In this document: piece after piece, positions 26,317 through 36,800 of the stretch
Position numbering within the stretch: position 1 is the first letter of the stretch
How the letters are laid out: each line of letters opens with the position of its first letter
Source: an uncultured Chryseobacterium sp.
Lineage (GTDB): Bacteria > Bacteroidota > Bacteroidia > Flavobacteriales_F > PHOS-HE28
Direction of reading: 5' to 3'
NCBI GenBank assembly: GCA_964592515.1
Contig: CAZQFG010000001.1
Coordinates: 1 to 58,338 of the forward strand
Length of the DNA stretch: 58,338 nucleotides
Notes under the pieces: model-generated
The model's database searches: none
What the model saw: only the letters and a program-made list of their open reading frames with translations
What the model was told of the DNA's origin: nothing
Position numbers and translations under genes: made by a program

Positions 26317-28800
26317 TTAGTACAACCGGTTGCTTGGTGCGGCACCGATCGGTAGGCGCTGCTCCACTTTCAGGTCGCGCAGAATGCTGGCCTTGATGTT
26401 CAGGCGAAGCATGAAGCTCTTCCGCTCACCGAAGGGGATCACGTTGGCATTGAACTCCCAGCAGTGCAGGTCCCAGTAGAGGTTCAGCGAAGTGGGCGTG
26501 AGCTCTTCCGCAACAATGTCGTAGCCGCTGCTCATGCCGAGCTTCCAGTATTTCAACACGGTCACATCGCCATTGAAGAGCACGCTCTGGCGCTCGCTAT
26601 CAGTGTATGTGTCGTTCAGGTAGGCACGGTTGATGTCGTAGCTGTAGTTCACCCCGAGGCGCCAAGGCATGTTGAAGCTCTGGCGTGAGCCTTTCGTGGG
26701 GTCGCTGTCCTCCACTACGCGTTGGTCAGTGCCCGTGTCGTTCGTGGGCTGTCCGTATCGCTTGCTCTTCAGATCGAAACCCACGGCCACGTTCGTGTAG
26801 ACCATGCGTGCCAGCTTGCCGCTCACCGATCGTTCACTTCGATCAATGCGCTGGCCGCTCGTGTTCACGGCATAGGGATCCCAGATGCTCACCAAGTTCA
26901 CGTTCACCAGGTTGAACAGGGCGGTGCGTGCCGAGAGGTTCACCGGCGACCAGCGCACCGAATCGCGCAGCATATCGTAGCTGCCGTTGATCCCCAGGAA
27001 GTCGATCAGCTTCATCTTCTTGAACTGGGTGCTCACACTATCGCGGCTCGCCTTGCTGTCGCGCACCTTGGCCTCCACGTTCTGGATCAGGCCGAGGTTC
27101 AGTGTGCCGCTCTCGCCGGCAGCAGGCTTTCCGTAGATGCCGATGTCGTAAGGGGAATAACTTCCGGGGGCACCATTGGGGCCGTAAGGGCCGAACACTT
27201 CAGTGCTCTGGTCGGGTCGGTAGGTGAGGCCTACGCTCGGCGTCAACGTGTGGCGGATGGCCTTCAGGCGTTCACCCCTGAAGAGGTACATGCCGTACAG
27301 CTTGCTGGTCAGCGTGGCACCCGCTCCCCATTCGCCCACCCGGCTGAAGCCCGGCACCGTATCGGTAATGGTGGTATCAGCATCCGGGTAGTAGGTCTTG
27401 CGCAGCGTTTCGGTGTACCAGCGCTCCGTGAACCGGAACTCGGGATTGAACGTGAAGAAGCGGCTCTTGAAGGTGGTGGTCACTGCGGTGGTCTGGCGCA
27501 CACCGTTCTGCATCTGCTTTGCAAGCCGGGAGATGTTCCCCAGGTAGATCTGGTCCTCGGTGGTGCTCAGGCGGTTGTCGAAGTTGGCGGTGTAGTTCAC
27601 GGCCAACTGATCATACCAACGGCTGGGCGCACCTGCTGGCCGCAGCATCTGTATGGGCAATATGCGTTGCAGGTTGAAGGTGGCCGACGGTAGCGTGATA
27701 TCGAAGGTCTGGTTCAACGTGTTCTGGCTGTGCCGCATGCTCACCGCCAGGTTATACGGCTTGCCGGTCCAGAGGTGCGTCCATTGTACGTTGCTCTGGA
27801 AGGTGTTGCTGAGGTAATCGTTGAAACTGCTGTTGAAGTTGTTGGTGAAGTTGTTACTGGTACCCACGTTCACGCTGGCACTGAATCGGTCGGTGAGGCT
27901 GGCCTTGGGGTCCATCAGATGGTTCCACCGCACGAAGAAGTTCTGCTGCTTGCTGAAATCGGGGAAGTCGGGGTCGCTGTTGAGCAGTGTGCTATGGCTG
28001 AGATTGAGGTTGCCGCTGTACCGGTAGCGGGTGCGGTACCGGGCTAATGCGCGCGCGGCCCAACTGCCCTTGCTGTAGATGTCGCCGGTCAGTTGCAGGT
28101 CGAAGTGGTCGTTCACGGGCAGGTAGTAGCCGCCGTTCAACAGGAAGAAGCCCAGCGATGCATTGTCACCCCAGGTGGGGATGAGCACACCGCCGCTGCC
28201 GCCCTTGCGGTTGGGGAAGGTGGCGAACGGCAGTGCCAGCGGAGTGGGCACCTTGCCCACCTTCATGTACGCCGGGCCGGCCACGATCTTGTCATCGGGC
28301 ACCACGATCATGCGGCTCACCTTGAAATGGTAGTGCGGGTGCGGCCGGTCGCAGGTGGTGAGCATACCTCCTTTGCCATGCACCTCGCCGCTGGGGTGGC
28401 GCTTGCTCAGGCTGGCGCTCAGCCAAGCGGTCTGCTCTTCGGTGCGCACCTCGCGGATCATCCCGGTCTTCGTGCGGAAGTTGTAGCGGATGCTGTCGGC
28501 ATCAATGGTGTGGCCGTCCTGCGCGAATTGTGGTTTGCCCACCACCGCCCCGGTGCTGTCGGGGGCACCAAAAGCACTGGCCTCTTCGTTCTTGAAGCTG
28601 AAGGCGATGCGGTCCGCGGTGAGCTGGATGCCCTGGTACTTCACCGTGGCCGCGCCAAAGAGGTACACGGTTTGCTCTTTCAGGTCGTAGCGGATACTGT
28701 CCCGCGCCTCGTACCGCACTTCGCTCTGAAGTACCTGAGCGCGGAGCGGTAGCGCCACACACATCAACACAGCCGTGATGAAAACTGCATTTGTTCGCAT
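26317..28800 (-). CDS. lptD: LPS-assembly outer-membrane protein LptD (Bacteroidota type)
   Basis: Track ORF trimmed to MRTNAVFITAVLMCVALPLRAQ. N-terminal OstA-like fold (DSIRYDLKEQTVYLFGAATVKYQGIQLTADRI), followed by a ~700-aa beta-barrel-like region. Confidence 0.8.
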   Translation of the reverse strand: MRTNAVFITAVLMCVALPLRAQVLQSEVRYEARDSIRYDLKEQTVYLFGAATVKYQGIQLTADRIAFSFKNEEASAFGAPDSTGAVVGKPQFAQDGHTIDADSIRYNFRTKTGMIREVRTEEQTAWLSASLSKRHPSGEVHGKGGMLTTCDRPHPHYHFKVSRMIVVPDDKIVAGPAYMKVGKVPTPLALPFATFPNRKGGSGGVLIPTWGDNASLGFFLLNGGYYLPVNDHFDLQLTGDIYSKGSWAARALARYRTRYRYSGNLNLSHSTLLNSDPDFPDFSKQQNFFVRWNHLMDPKASLTDRFSASVNVGTSNNFTNNFNSSFNDYLSNTFQSNVQWTHLWTGKPYNLAVSMRHSQNTLNQTFDITLPSATFNLQRILPIQMLRPAGAPSRWYDQLAVNYTANFDNRLSTTEDQIYLGNISRLAKQMQNGVRQTTAVTTTFKSRFFTFNPEFRFTERWYTETLRKTYYPDADTTITDTVPGFSRVGEWGAGATLTSKLYGMYLFRGERLKAIRHTLTPSVGLTYRPDQSTEVFGPYGPNGAPGSYSPYDIGIYGKPAAGESGTLNLGLIQNVEAKVRDSKASRDSVSTQFKKMKLIDFLGINGSYDMLRDSVRWSPVNLSARTALFNLVNVNLVSIWDPYAVNTSGQRIDRSERSVSGKLARMVYTNVAVGFDLKSKRYGQPTNDTGTDQRVVEDSDPTKGSRQSFNMPWRLGVNYSYDINRAYLNDTYTDSERQSVLFNGDVTVLKYWKLGMSSGYDIVAEELTPTSLNLYWDLHCWEFNANVIPFGERKSFMLRLNIKASILRDLKVEQRLPIGAAPSNRLY

Positions 28801-28924
28801 CGGGGTCCGCAGCTCCGGGCCGGTAGCTTCGCCCCTGAAAGGCCGGATGCGTGGCGGTAACGTCATGGTCCAGCCTTTCCCACGGAAAAGCGGGCCGAAA
28901 TTAACGGATCGCGTTCCGCGTGCC

Positions 28925-30091
28925 ATGGAACGAACACCACGTGTGCTGAAGTATGTCCTCTTTTTGGCCGTTCTGCTTGCGGCCGGTGGCAGCGCGCTCG
29001 CACAGGCCCAGCAGGGACGCGACCCCCACCGCATCCGTACCGTGGTGCTCGATGCCGGCCATGGGGGCAAGGATCCCGGTAACCTGGGTACCGGCCGCTA
29101 CAAGACCACCGAGAAGCACGTTTCACTGAACGTGGCGAAGCTGGTGGGCAAGTACCTCAACGAGACCTATCCTGACATCAAGGTGGTGTATACCCGCGAG
29201 GACGACCGTTTCATCGAACTGATGGAGCGTACCCAGATCGCCAACCGGGCCAAGGCGGACGTGTTCATCAGTATTCACTGCAACGCCAACGACAATAAGG
29301 ACCCCCACGGCTGCGAGACCTACGTGATGGGTCTTCACAAGACCGAGGCGAACATGCGGGTGGCGCAGAAAGAGAACGCCGCCATCCTGCTGGAGGACGG
29401 CCACGAATTGAAGTACGACGGTTACGACCCCAAGGACCCCGAGAGCCAGATCGCGTTGAGCCTTCGCCAGAACGTGCACTTGGAGCAAAGCCTGTTGCTC
29501 AGTTCGCTCATCCAGAAGCAGTTCCGCGAGCGGGTGGGCCGACCGGACCGCGGCGTGAAACAGGCCGGATTCCTGGTGATCAGCTACACCACCATGCCCG
29601 CTGTGCTGATCGAACTGGGCTTCCTTACCAATCCCAAGGAAGAGGATTTCCTTCAGGAGGCCGAGGGCCAGGACTACATGGCCAGCGCCATCTACCGGGC
29701 CTTTAAGGAATACAAGGGCATTGTGGAAGGTGTTTCGGTACCCGCCCCGGAGCCCAAACCCGCACGACCCGACAGCACGCACGTGGCCATCCCGGACAAC
29801 AGCACCAAGCCGACTCCCGCGCCGGCGGTGGTCTTCAAGGTGCAGGTGGTCACCAGTAACAAGCGCATCGAAACGAAGCCGGCCAACTTCAACGGATTGG
29901 AAGGCGTAGAAGAACAGAAGGGTGCCGGCGTGTACCGTTACACGGTGGGGCATGAGCCTTCTCTGGAAAAGGCTCGCGAAGTGCAAAAACGTTGCAGGGA
30001 CAAGGGTTTCGACGGGGCGTTCATCGTGGCGTTCAAGGACGGGCAACGGATCGATCTGCAGGAAGCCCTTAAATTGGCCGGGGCTCGCTGA
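28925..30091 (+). CDS. N-acetylmuramoyl-L-alanine amidase (Amidase_3) with C-terminal SPOR domain
   Basis: Track ORF trimmed to MERTPRVLKYVLFLAVLL. VVLDAGHGGKDPG, SIHCNA and the ETYV Zn-ligand context. The C-terminal FKVQV...YRYTVG...GAFIVAF is SPOR-like. Confidence 0.9.
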   Translation: MERTPRVLKYVLFLAVLLAAGGSALAQAQQGRDPHRIRTVVLDAGHGGKDPGNLGTGRYKTTEKHVSLNVAKLVGKYLNETYPDIKVVYTREDDRFIELMERTQIANRAKADVFISIHCNANDNKDPHGCETYVMGLHKTEANMRVAQKENAAILLEDGHELKYDGYDPKDPESQIALSLRQNVHLEQSLLLSSLIQKQFRERVGRPDRGVKQAGFLVISYTTMPAVLIELGFLTNPKEEDFLQEAEGQDYMASAIYRAFKEYKGIVEGVSVPAPEPKPARPDSTHVAIPDNSTKPTPAPAVVFKVQVVTSNKRIETKPANFNGLEGVEEQKGAGVYRYTVGHEPSLEKAREVQKRCRDKGFDGAFIVAFKDGQRIDLQEALKLAGAR

Positions 30092-30108
30092 ACGCGGCCG
30101 ATTCTTGG

Positions 30109-31137
30109 ATGAAGATTAAGCGCGAGTACAGCATTGCCTTGGTGGTCCTGGGAAGTCTGGGACTGTTGATCTTCGGCATCAATTTCCTCAAGGGTATCGA
30201 CCTGCTGGAGCGGCGTAACGTGTTCCATGCGGTGTATGGCGATGTGTCCGGTGTCACGGGTTCCAGCCCGGTCTTCTACCGCGGCCTGAAGGTGGGCCAG
30301 GTGATCCGAACCCAGTTGATGCCCGATGGCAGTGGCCGAATTGTCGTGAGCTTCCAGATCGACAACGACGACCTGCCCGTACCGAGCGACTCCAAGGTAC
30401 AGATCTACAGCGCCGATCTCTTCTCCCGCGCCCTCCAGATAATCCCGGGCGTTAGCAAGGAACTGGCCTCTAAGGGCGATACCCTTGTGGGCGATGCGCA
30501 GTTGAGCCTTACCGATGCCGTGGGCGAACAGATCGACCCGCTTAAGCGCAAGGCCGAGCGCATGTTGGCCAACGTGGATTCGGTGCTATCGGGCCTTAAC
30601 AAGGTGTTGAACGATTCGGCCATCGGCGACATTGATGCCAGCTTCGCCAGCATCCGCGGCACCTTGGAGACCTTCAACGCCACAAGTCATAGGCTCGATG
30701 CCATGATCGCGGTGGAATCGCAGGCCGTGCACGCCACACTGGAGAACCTGCGCAAAGTGTCAGAGAACCTGGTGGCCTACAATACCCACATCGCAAGTAT
30801 CCTGCAGAACATGGATACCCTCAGTGGTACGCTCAGCGGCACCGAGGTGAAGCAAATGGTGGCCGACCTGAACGCCAGTACAGCCAAGCTGAAGGGCCTC
30901 ATGGAAGGGTTGGAGGCCGGGCAGGGTTCGTTGGGCCAACTGATGAAGAACGATACGCTGTACGCCAACCTTGAGGCGGCCACGCATGAACTGGACCTGT
31001 TGCTGGAGGATATGCGCTTGAATCCGAACAGATACGTCCATTTTTCGTTGTTCGGTAAGAAGGACAAACAGCCCAAGCTGAGCGACAGCGACATCGACCG
31101 CATCGCGAAGGCCTTGCGCGAAGCCAACAAACCATGA
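30109..31137 (+). CDS. MlaD/MCE-family protein
   Basis: N-terminal TM anchor, an MCE core (VFYRGLKVGQV ... VSFQID), and a long helical C-terminal extension. Confidence 0.8.
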   Translation: MKIKREYSIALVVLGSLGLLIFGINFLKGIDLLERRNVFHAVYGDVSGVTGSSPVFYRGLKVGQVIRTQLMPDGSGRIVVSFQIDNDDLPVPSDSKVQIYSADLFSRALQIIPGVSKELASKGDTLVGDAQLSLTDAVGEQIDPLKRKAERMLANVDSVLSGLNKVLNDSAIGDIDASFASIRGTLETFNATSHRLDAMIAVESQAVHATLENLRKVSENLVAYNTHIASILQNMDTLSGTLSGTEVKQMVADLNASTAKLKGLMEGLEAGQGSLGQLMKNDTLYANLEAATHELDLLLEDMRLNPNRYVHFSLFGKKDKQPKLSDSDIDRIAKALREANKP

Positions 31138-32459
31138 GCATCGCCAACATCCTCTTCCTGCTGCTGCTCGCCGGTGCGGTGGCCCTGTTCGCCAGGAATC
31201 TGGGTCGCGTGGTGCGCAACATCAGGTTGGGCCGTGACCAGGAGATCAATGACCGCAAGGCCGAGCGTTGGGGCGTGATGGCCCGCGTGGCCCTTGGGCA
31301 GAGTAAAATGGTGGCGCGTCCGGTGGCCGGCCTCATGCACATCCTCATCTACGTGGGCTTCGTCATCATCAATATCGAGGTCCTCGAGATCATCATCGAC
31401 GGCATCTTCGGCACGCACCGGATCGGATCTTTCCTTGGCGGATTCTACGACTTCCTCATCGGCAGCTTCGAGATCCTGGCGGTGGGCGTGCTGCTGGCGT
31501 GCGTGGTCTTCATTGCCCGGCGCGCCGTGCTGCAGTTGCCGCGCTTCCACAAGCCCGAGATGAAAGGCTGGCCCACGAAGGATGCGATGATCATCCTGAT
31601 CACAGAGATCGCGCTGATGGGCGCCTTCCTGAAAATGAACGCCGCCGACCAGGTGCTGGCGCAGCGCGGGGTGGAGCACTACACCATGGCCGGCAGCTAT
31701 CCTGTCAGCAGCCTGCTGCAGCCCTTTTTCGCAGGAATGAGCGACGGCACGGTGCTGTTCTTCGAGCGTTCCATGTGGTGGTTCCACATCCTGGGCATTC
31801 TCGCCTTCCTCAACTACCTGCCGTATAGCAAGCACTTCCACATCATGCTCGCGTTCCCCAACACTTGGTACAGCAAGTTGGAGCCGCGCACGCAGGTCAG
31901 TAACATGCCCCGCATCACCGGCGAGGTGAAGAGCATGTTGGACCCTTCCGTTGCACCGCCTGAGCCCGCACCGGCCCGCACCGTGGCCGGGGTTGAAATG
32001 CCCGAGCGTTTCGGGGCCAAGGACGTGTTCGACCTGAGCTGGAAGAGCCTGATGGATGCCTACAGCTGCACCGAGTGCGGCCGTTGCACCAGTGAATGTC
32101 CGGCCAACCTCACCGGTAAGCTGTTGAGCCCGCGCAAGATCATGATGGATACGCGCGACCGATTGGAGGAAGTGGGCAAGGTCATCGACGCGAAAGGGAA
32201 GTGGGAGGATGATGGCAACAGCCTGCACACGCGCATCAGCGAGGAGGAGTTGTGGGCCTGCACCACGTGTAACGCGTGCACCCAGGCATGCCCGGTGAAC
32301 ATCGATCCGGTGAACATCATCATGGAGATGCGACGCTACAAAGTGATGGAGGAGAGCAGCACGCGACCTGCGCTCACCGGCATGTTCAACAATGTGGAGA
32401 ACAACGGCGCTCCTTGGGCCTTCGGTCCCGATCAGCGCATGAAATGGACGGAATCGTGA
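31134..32459 (+). CDS. Membrane-bound 4Fe-4S dicluster protein (HdrD/GlpC-like N-terminal half)
   Basis: About 5 TM helices followed by CTECGRCTSECP and CTTCNACTQACP ferredoxin motifs. ATGA overlap with the mlaD-like gene. Confidence 0.8.
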   Translation: MSIANILFLLLLAGAVALFARNLGRVVRNIRLGRDQEINDRKAERWGVMARVALGQSKMVARPVAGLMHILIYVGFVIINIEVLEIIIDGIFGTHRIGSFLGGFYDFLIGSFEILAVGVLLACVVFIARRAVLQLPRFHKPEMKGWPTKDAMIILITEIALMGAFLKMNAADQVLAQRGVEHYTMAGSYPVSSLLQPFFAGMSDGTVLFFERSMWWFHILGILAFLNYLPYSKHFHIMLAFPNTWYSKLEPRTQVSNMPRITGEVKSMLDPSVAPPEPAPARTVAGVEMPERFGAKDVFDLSWKSLMDAYSCTECGRCTSECPANLTGKLLSPRKIMMDTRDRLEEVGKVIDAKGKWEDDGNSLHTRISEEELWACTTCNACTQACPVNIDPVNIIMEMRRYKVMEESSTRPALTGMFNNVENNGAPWAFGPDQRMKWTES

Positions 32460-33250
32460 TGAACAACCAGGTCCACGTCCCCACAATGGCCGAATTCGCC
32501 GCTACAGGCGAAGTGCCTGAGGTCTTGTTCTGGGTGGGCTGCGCAGGCAGCTTCGACGATCGTGCACGCAAGATCACCAAGGCCTTTGTCCGCATCCTGA
32601 ACGCGGCCAACGTGAAGTATGCGGTGCTGGGGCAGGAGGAGACCTGCACCGGCGATCCCGCACGACGCGCAGGAAATGAGTTCCTGTTCCAGATGCAGGC
32701 CCTGCAGAACGTCACCGTGCTGAACGGCTATGGCGTGAAGCGCATAGTGACCGCCTGCCCGCATTGCTTCAACACCTTGAAGAACGAGTACCCTGCACTG
32801 GGCGGCACCTACGAAGTGCTGCATCATACGCAGTTCATCAACGCCCTCCTCAAGGAGGGCCGCATCAAGGTGGAGGGCGGCGACTTCAAGGGCAAGCGTA
32901 TCACCTTTCACGACCCATGCTACCTGGGCCGCGGCAACAACGAGTACGAGGCCCCGCGCGAGGTGCTGCTGAAGCTTGATGCCGCGCTGGTGGAACTGAA
33001 GCGGAGCAAGCAGAACGGCTTGTGCTGCGGTGCGGGCGGTGCGCAGATGTTCAAGGAGGCCGAACCCGGCACACGTGAAGTGAACCATGAACGCAGCGAG
33101 GAGGCCTTGGGTGCCAAGCCCGACATCATCGCAGCAGGCTGCCCCTTCTGCAACACCATGCTCACCGACGGCGTGAAGCACTTCAACAAGGAAGGTGAAG
33201 TGGTGGTGAAGGATGTGGCCGAGCTGATCGCGGAGGCGGGGGAGCTCTGA
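32459..33250 (+). CDS. Cysteine-rich CCG-domain (Fe-S) oxidoreductase subunit (HdrD/GlpC-like C-terminal half)
   Basis: Track ORF trimmed to MNNQVHVP. Two CCG-type modules (FWVGCAGSF...TACPHC and FHDPCYLGR...CCGAGG...GCPFC). TGATG overlap with the upstream gene. Confidence 0.8.
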   Translation: MNNQVHVPTMAEFAATGEVPEVLFWVGCAGSFDDRARKITKAFVRILNAANVKYAVLGQEETCTGDPARRAGNEFLFQMQALQNVTVLNGYGVKRIVTACPHCFNTLKNEYPALGGTYEVLHHTQFINALLKEGRIKVEGGDFKGKRITFHDPCYLGRGNNEYEAPREVLLKLDAALVELKRSKQNGLCCGAGGAQMFKEAEPGTREVNHERSEEALGAKPDIIAAGCPFCNTMLTDGVKHFNKEGEVVVKDVAELIAEAGEL

Positions 33251-33261
33251 TGGTAGCCCGA

Positions 33262-33281
33262 GTGTACGGTCAATCGTACAC
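33262..33281. terminator. Short hairpin between convergent gene ends
   Basis: GTGTACG-GTCAAT-CGTACAC, 7-bp stem. It overlaps the stop codon of the minus-strand gene. No U-tract. Confidence 0.35.
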
Positions 33282-33797
33282 GGTCCTCTTGAACACATCA
33301 CCGCCCAGACGCAATGGCTCCGTACAAAGCTCAATGGCTCCGTACCCCTTGCTGCCTGCCGGGTCAAGGTCGAACGAGATGGTGACACCGCAGTTCAGGA
33401 TGGTGACCACACAAACAGTGTTCTGCCAGATCTCCCGTGCATAGGACACGCCCAGTACTTCAAGTTCCCGCAAGAGACCGAAGGCATCCACATCGTCCAG
33501 GTGGACCTCCTTATCCGCTGATTTGAACAGCAGCGCCCGGTCCTGAAGGCTGTGCTTCAGCACCCAATAGGACAGGCATGCCTTATCGTCCAGGCCTATG
33601 CAGAAGCGTATTCCGTCGAACGCAACATCCCCTCCGATCGGCATTCCGTTCGGATACTGTTGCACCGAGGGCCACAGCAGGAAAGGCCTCAACGCATCCA
33701 AGTGCGTGCCGATACGGAGCAAGGCATGCTGCCCGGTGAGGATGAGCTCGGTGATGTCCTTGGGACCTCGGTCCGAAGGGGTGGTTACCAGGTTCAT
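33270..33797 (-). CDS. Hypothetical protein, 175 aa, co-directional and 17 nt downstream of the tricorn-like protease
   Basis: ORF with no signal peptide and no recognised motif. AT-richer than the flanks. Confidence 0.5.
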   Translation of the reverse strand: MNLVTTPSDRGPKDITELILTGQHALLRIGTHLDALRPFLLWPSVQQYPNGMPIGGDVAFDGIRFCIGLDDKACLSYWVLKHSLQDRALLFKSADKEVHLDDVDAFGLLRELEVLGVSYAREIWQNTVCVVTILNCGVTISFDLDPAGSKGYGAIELCTEPLRLGGDVFKRTVYD

Positions 33798-33814
33798 CGA
33801 TGGAGGTGTGCAAC

Positions 33815-36800
33815 CTATTGCCCCAACAGCACTTTCACCGCCTCTTCCAACTGCTGGTCGCGACCCGTGCTAACAGCACCCGGCTCCAGGGCCTGCTTCA
33901 CATCGGGGTCTAGCTGTTGGTTCTCCAGGTAGTTGCCGTTGTTGTCGATCATGCCCACTTGGGGAATGCCGAACCACATGCCGTTCTGCAGGCCTTCCCA
34001 CCACACCGCTGTGCCAGTGCCTGCCACGGGCATGCCTACCAGCTTGCCGATGCCGAGCGCGCGGTAGGTCACGGGGAACATATGCGCGTCGCTGTAGTTG
34101 CCCTCGCTCATCACCACCACACTGGGCTTCTGCCATTTGAACTGGGGCTCGGTGCCCAGGTTCTGGCCACGTGGCTCGAAACGCATGTAGGTCTTGCCGT
34201 TCAGGAAGGTGGCCAGGTCATCGTGCAGCCATCCGCCACCGTTGAACCGTGTGTCGACCACCAGTCCTTTTCGATCGTGGTAGCGACCAAGTGCTTCCTC
34301 ATACACCACGCGGAAGCTCTGGTCGTCCATGCCTTCCACGTGCACATAGCCGAGCTGGCCATTGCTCAGGCTGTCCACCAAATGGCGGCTGCGTTCAACC
34401 CACCGCTGGTACAGGAGGTCCATTTCCATCCCAAGGCCAATGGGCTTCACGATCTCTTCCCAGCGCGTGTTGGTCTTGGGGTCGTGCAGTGCGAGCAATG
34501 TGGGCTTACCGGCCTTGCGGTTCAGCAGGCGTGCTGGGTCGATGTCTGGCGTTAGTGCCTGTCCATCGATCTGCTCGATCACGATCCCGGGCCGCACTTT
34601 GCTTCCTTCTTTCAGCACCGGGCTGCGCGGGAGCAGTTCGGCCACCAGCAGGCCGGGGCCATCGTGCGGTGCGTAGAGCAGGCCCAACGCCGCGGTCTGG
34701 TCGTCCGTGGGTTCCGAATGGCGGTAACCGGCGCCGGTGTGCGATGCGTTCAGTTCGCCCAGCATCTCACTGAGCAATTCGGCCATGTCGTAGTTGTTGT
34801 TGATGTCCGGCACGAAACGCTGGTATTCCTTTTTGTAGAGGTCCCAGTCCACACCTTGCAGGTCAACGCGGTAGAATTTCTTCTTCACCTGGCGCCACAC
34901 ATGCTCGAAGAGGTAGGCCCGCTCGGCGTTCTCATTCAAGGTCATTTCACCGTTCACGCCCACACCCTTCATTTCGCTCTTCTCGAGATCGTACCGCGAA
35001 ATGCTGCCATTGCTGATGAAGTAGAGGTTCTTGCCTTCCTTGTCGATCTTCAGGTCGCCGGCCCAGCCTGCGCCGAGCTTGCTGATGATCTTGGTCTCTC
35101 GGGTGCGCAGTTCGGTCTGCCACAGGTCGAAGCCTTTCTCGAAGGGGGTGAGGTAGTATAGCTTTTCGGCATCCTTGCTCAGCACGGCAGCACTGAGATT
35201 GCTGGAGTGTACCGTGAGGCGCACTTTGCGGTCGTAGAGGCCTTCCATCTCGATCTTGACCGGCTTCACCTCCTCCTTCTTGTCGGATTTTTCATCCTTC
35301 TTGCCATTCTCGTCCTTCTTGTCCTTGTCCGACTTGTTGCCTTCCTCTTTTTTCTTCTCCACCTCTTTCGCCAGCTCCAGCTCCTCCTTGTTCAGCTTGT
35401 AACGATCGTAGGCCTCGCGGGTAAGGAAGAGGGCATACACATTGGACTGTCCGCCCCAGCTGGCGTGGTTCTTCATGCCATCGCGCGAGCTGTAGAAGTA
35501 GACCGCAGATCCATCGGCTGACCATTCCGGATGATAGCCGCCATAGCCGCTGCGTGTCAGATCGATCACTTCCTGCTTGCCGTCGGCGTTGATGATGCCC
35601 ACCTGGTTGATCCATTGCTCCTTGTTCAGGAACTCCACCAGGAACCATTTGCTGTCCGGGCTCCAGCTGTACCATTGGTCGCCATCGGCATAGCTGTAGT
35701 TGCGCACGGCGGGCATTACGGTCCGCGTCTGCTTGGTGGCGATGTTGAACACCTTCAGAGTGGTGCGCTCCTCGAGGTAGGCCACTTCTTTTCCGTCAGG
35801 CGAGTAGTTGGCTTGGAATTCCTCTGCGGGCGTGGCCAACAGCGCTTCCTCTTTCAGCAGTGTGGCGTTGAAGAAGTAGGGCTCTTCCTTGCGCACGATG
35901 CTCGTGATGTACAGGTCCCAGCTTCCGCCGCGTTCGGTGGCGTAGAGCAGGGTGCGTCCATCGGGGCTCCAGCTCACCGATCGTTCCTGTTCCGGTGTGT
36001 TCGTCACGCGCCGTGTGGTGCCTTCCAACGAGCTCACGAAGACCTCGCCGCGATGGATGAAGGCCACCTCCTTGCCGTTGGGCGAAGGCATCACTTCGGA
36101 TATATCGCCGTTAACCGATACCGTTCGTTCGGGCAGATAGCGACCATCGCTGTGGGTGCGGATCTCCACCTTCACGGGTGTGCCGCCGTCGGTGAGCGAG
36201 TAGATCTCGCCCCGGTAGTTGAAGCAGAGCGTGCCCGTATTGCTCAGGCTCAGTGAGCGCACGGGATGGTCCTTCAGGAAGCTCACCTGCGTGCTGGCAC
36301 CGCCCGTGCTGGGCATTTTGTGCACGTTGTATGATCCCTTCTCTTCCGTGAGGTAATAGATGGTGGAACCATCGCGGTTGAACACGGGGTCGCGATCCTC
36401 GCCGGCGAATGTGGTCAGTTGTGCGTAGGCCTTGGTCTTCGGGTCGAAGGTCCAGATATCGCGCGTCACACTGCTGGTGTGGTGCTTGCGGTAGTTGTCC
36501 TCGTAGCCTTTGCGGTCGTGGTACACGATCGAGGTGCCGGTCGCATTGAAGCGTGCGTTCTGCATGGCAATGGTGCTCACTTGCACAGGTCGGCCGCCCT
36601 TTGTGGGCACGCTGTACAGTTCGCCCAGCCCGCCCACCGGGAACTGCTGGTGGCGCACATCGTCCTGGCGGTGGCCATAGAACAATACGTTGGCTCCATC
36701 GGGCGTGAAGCCGCTCGGCGATTCGGGGCTGCTGTGGAAGGTCAATCGGGTGGCTGGACCACCAGTGGCCGCCATCACGAACACATCGTTGTTCCCGTGC

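Noticed and set aside
28801-29070. N-terminal extensions of the LptD ORF (to 29070) and of the amidase ORF (from 28775) that would overlap each other
   Set aside because: Internal Mets at 28800 (minus strand) and 28925 (plus strand) give canonical signal peptides and leave a sensible 124-bp divergent promoter region.
30777-32486. 569-aa minus-strand ORF spanning the mlaD-like gene and the first Fe-S gene
   Set aside because: Shadow ORF that crosses a gene boundary. The plus-strand products carry canonical MCE and CX2CX2CX3CP motifs.
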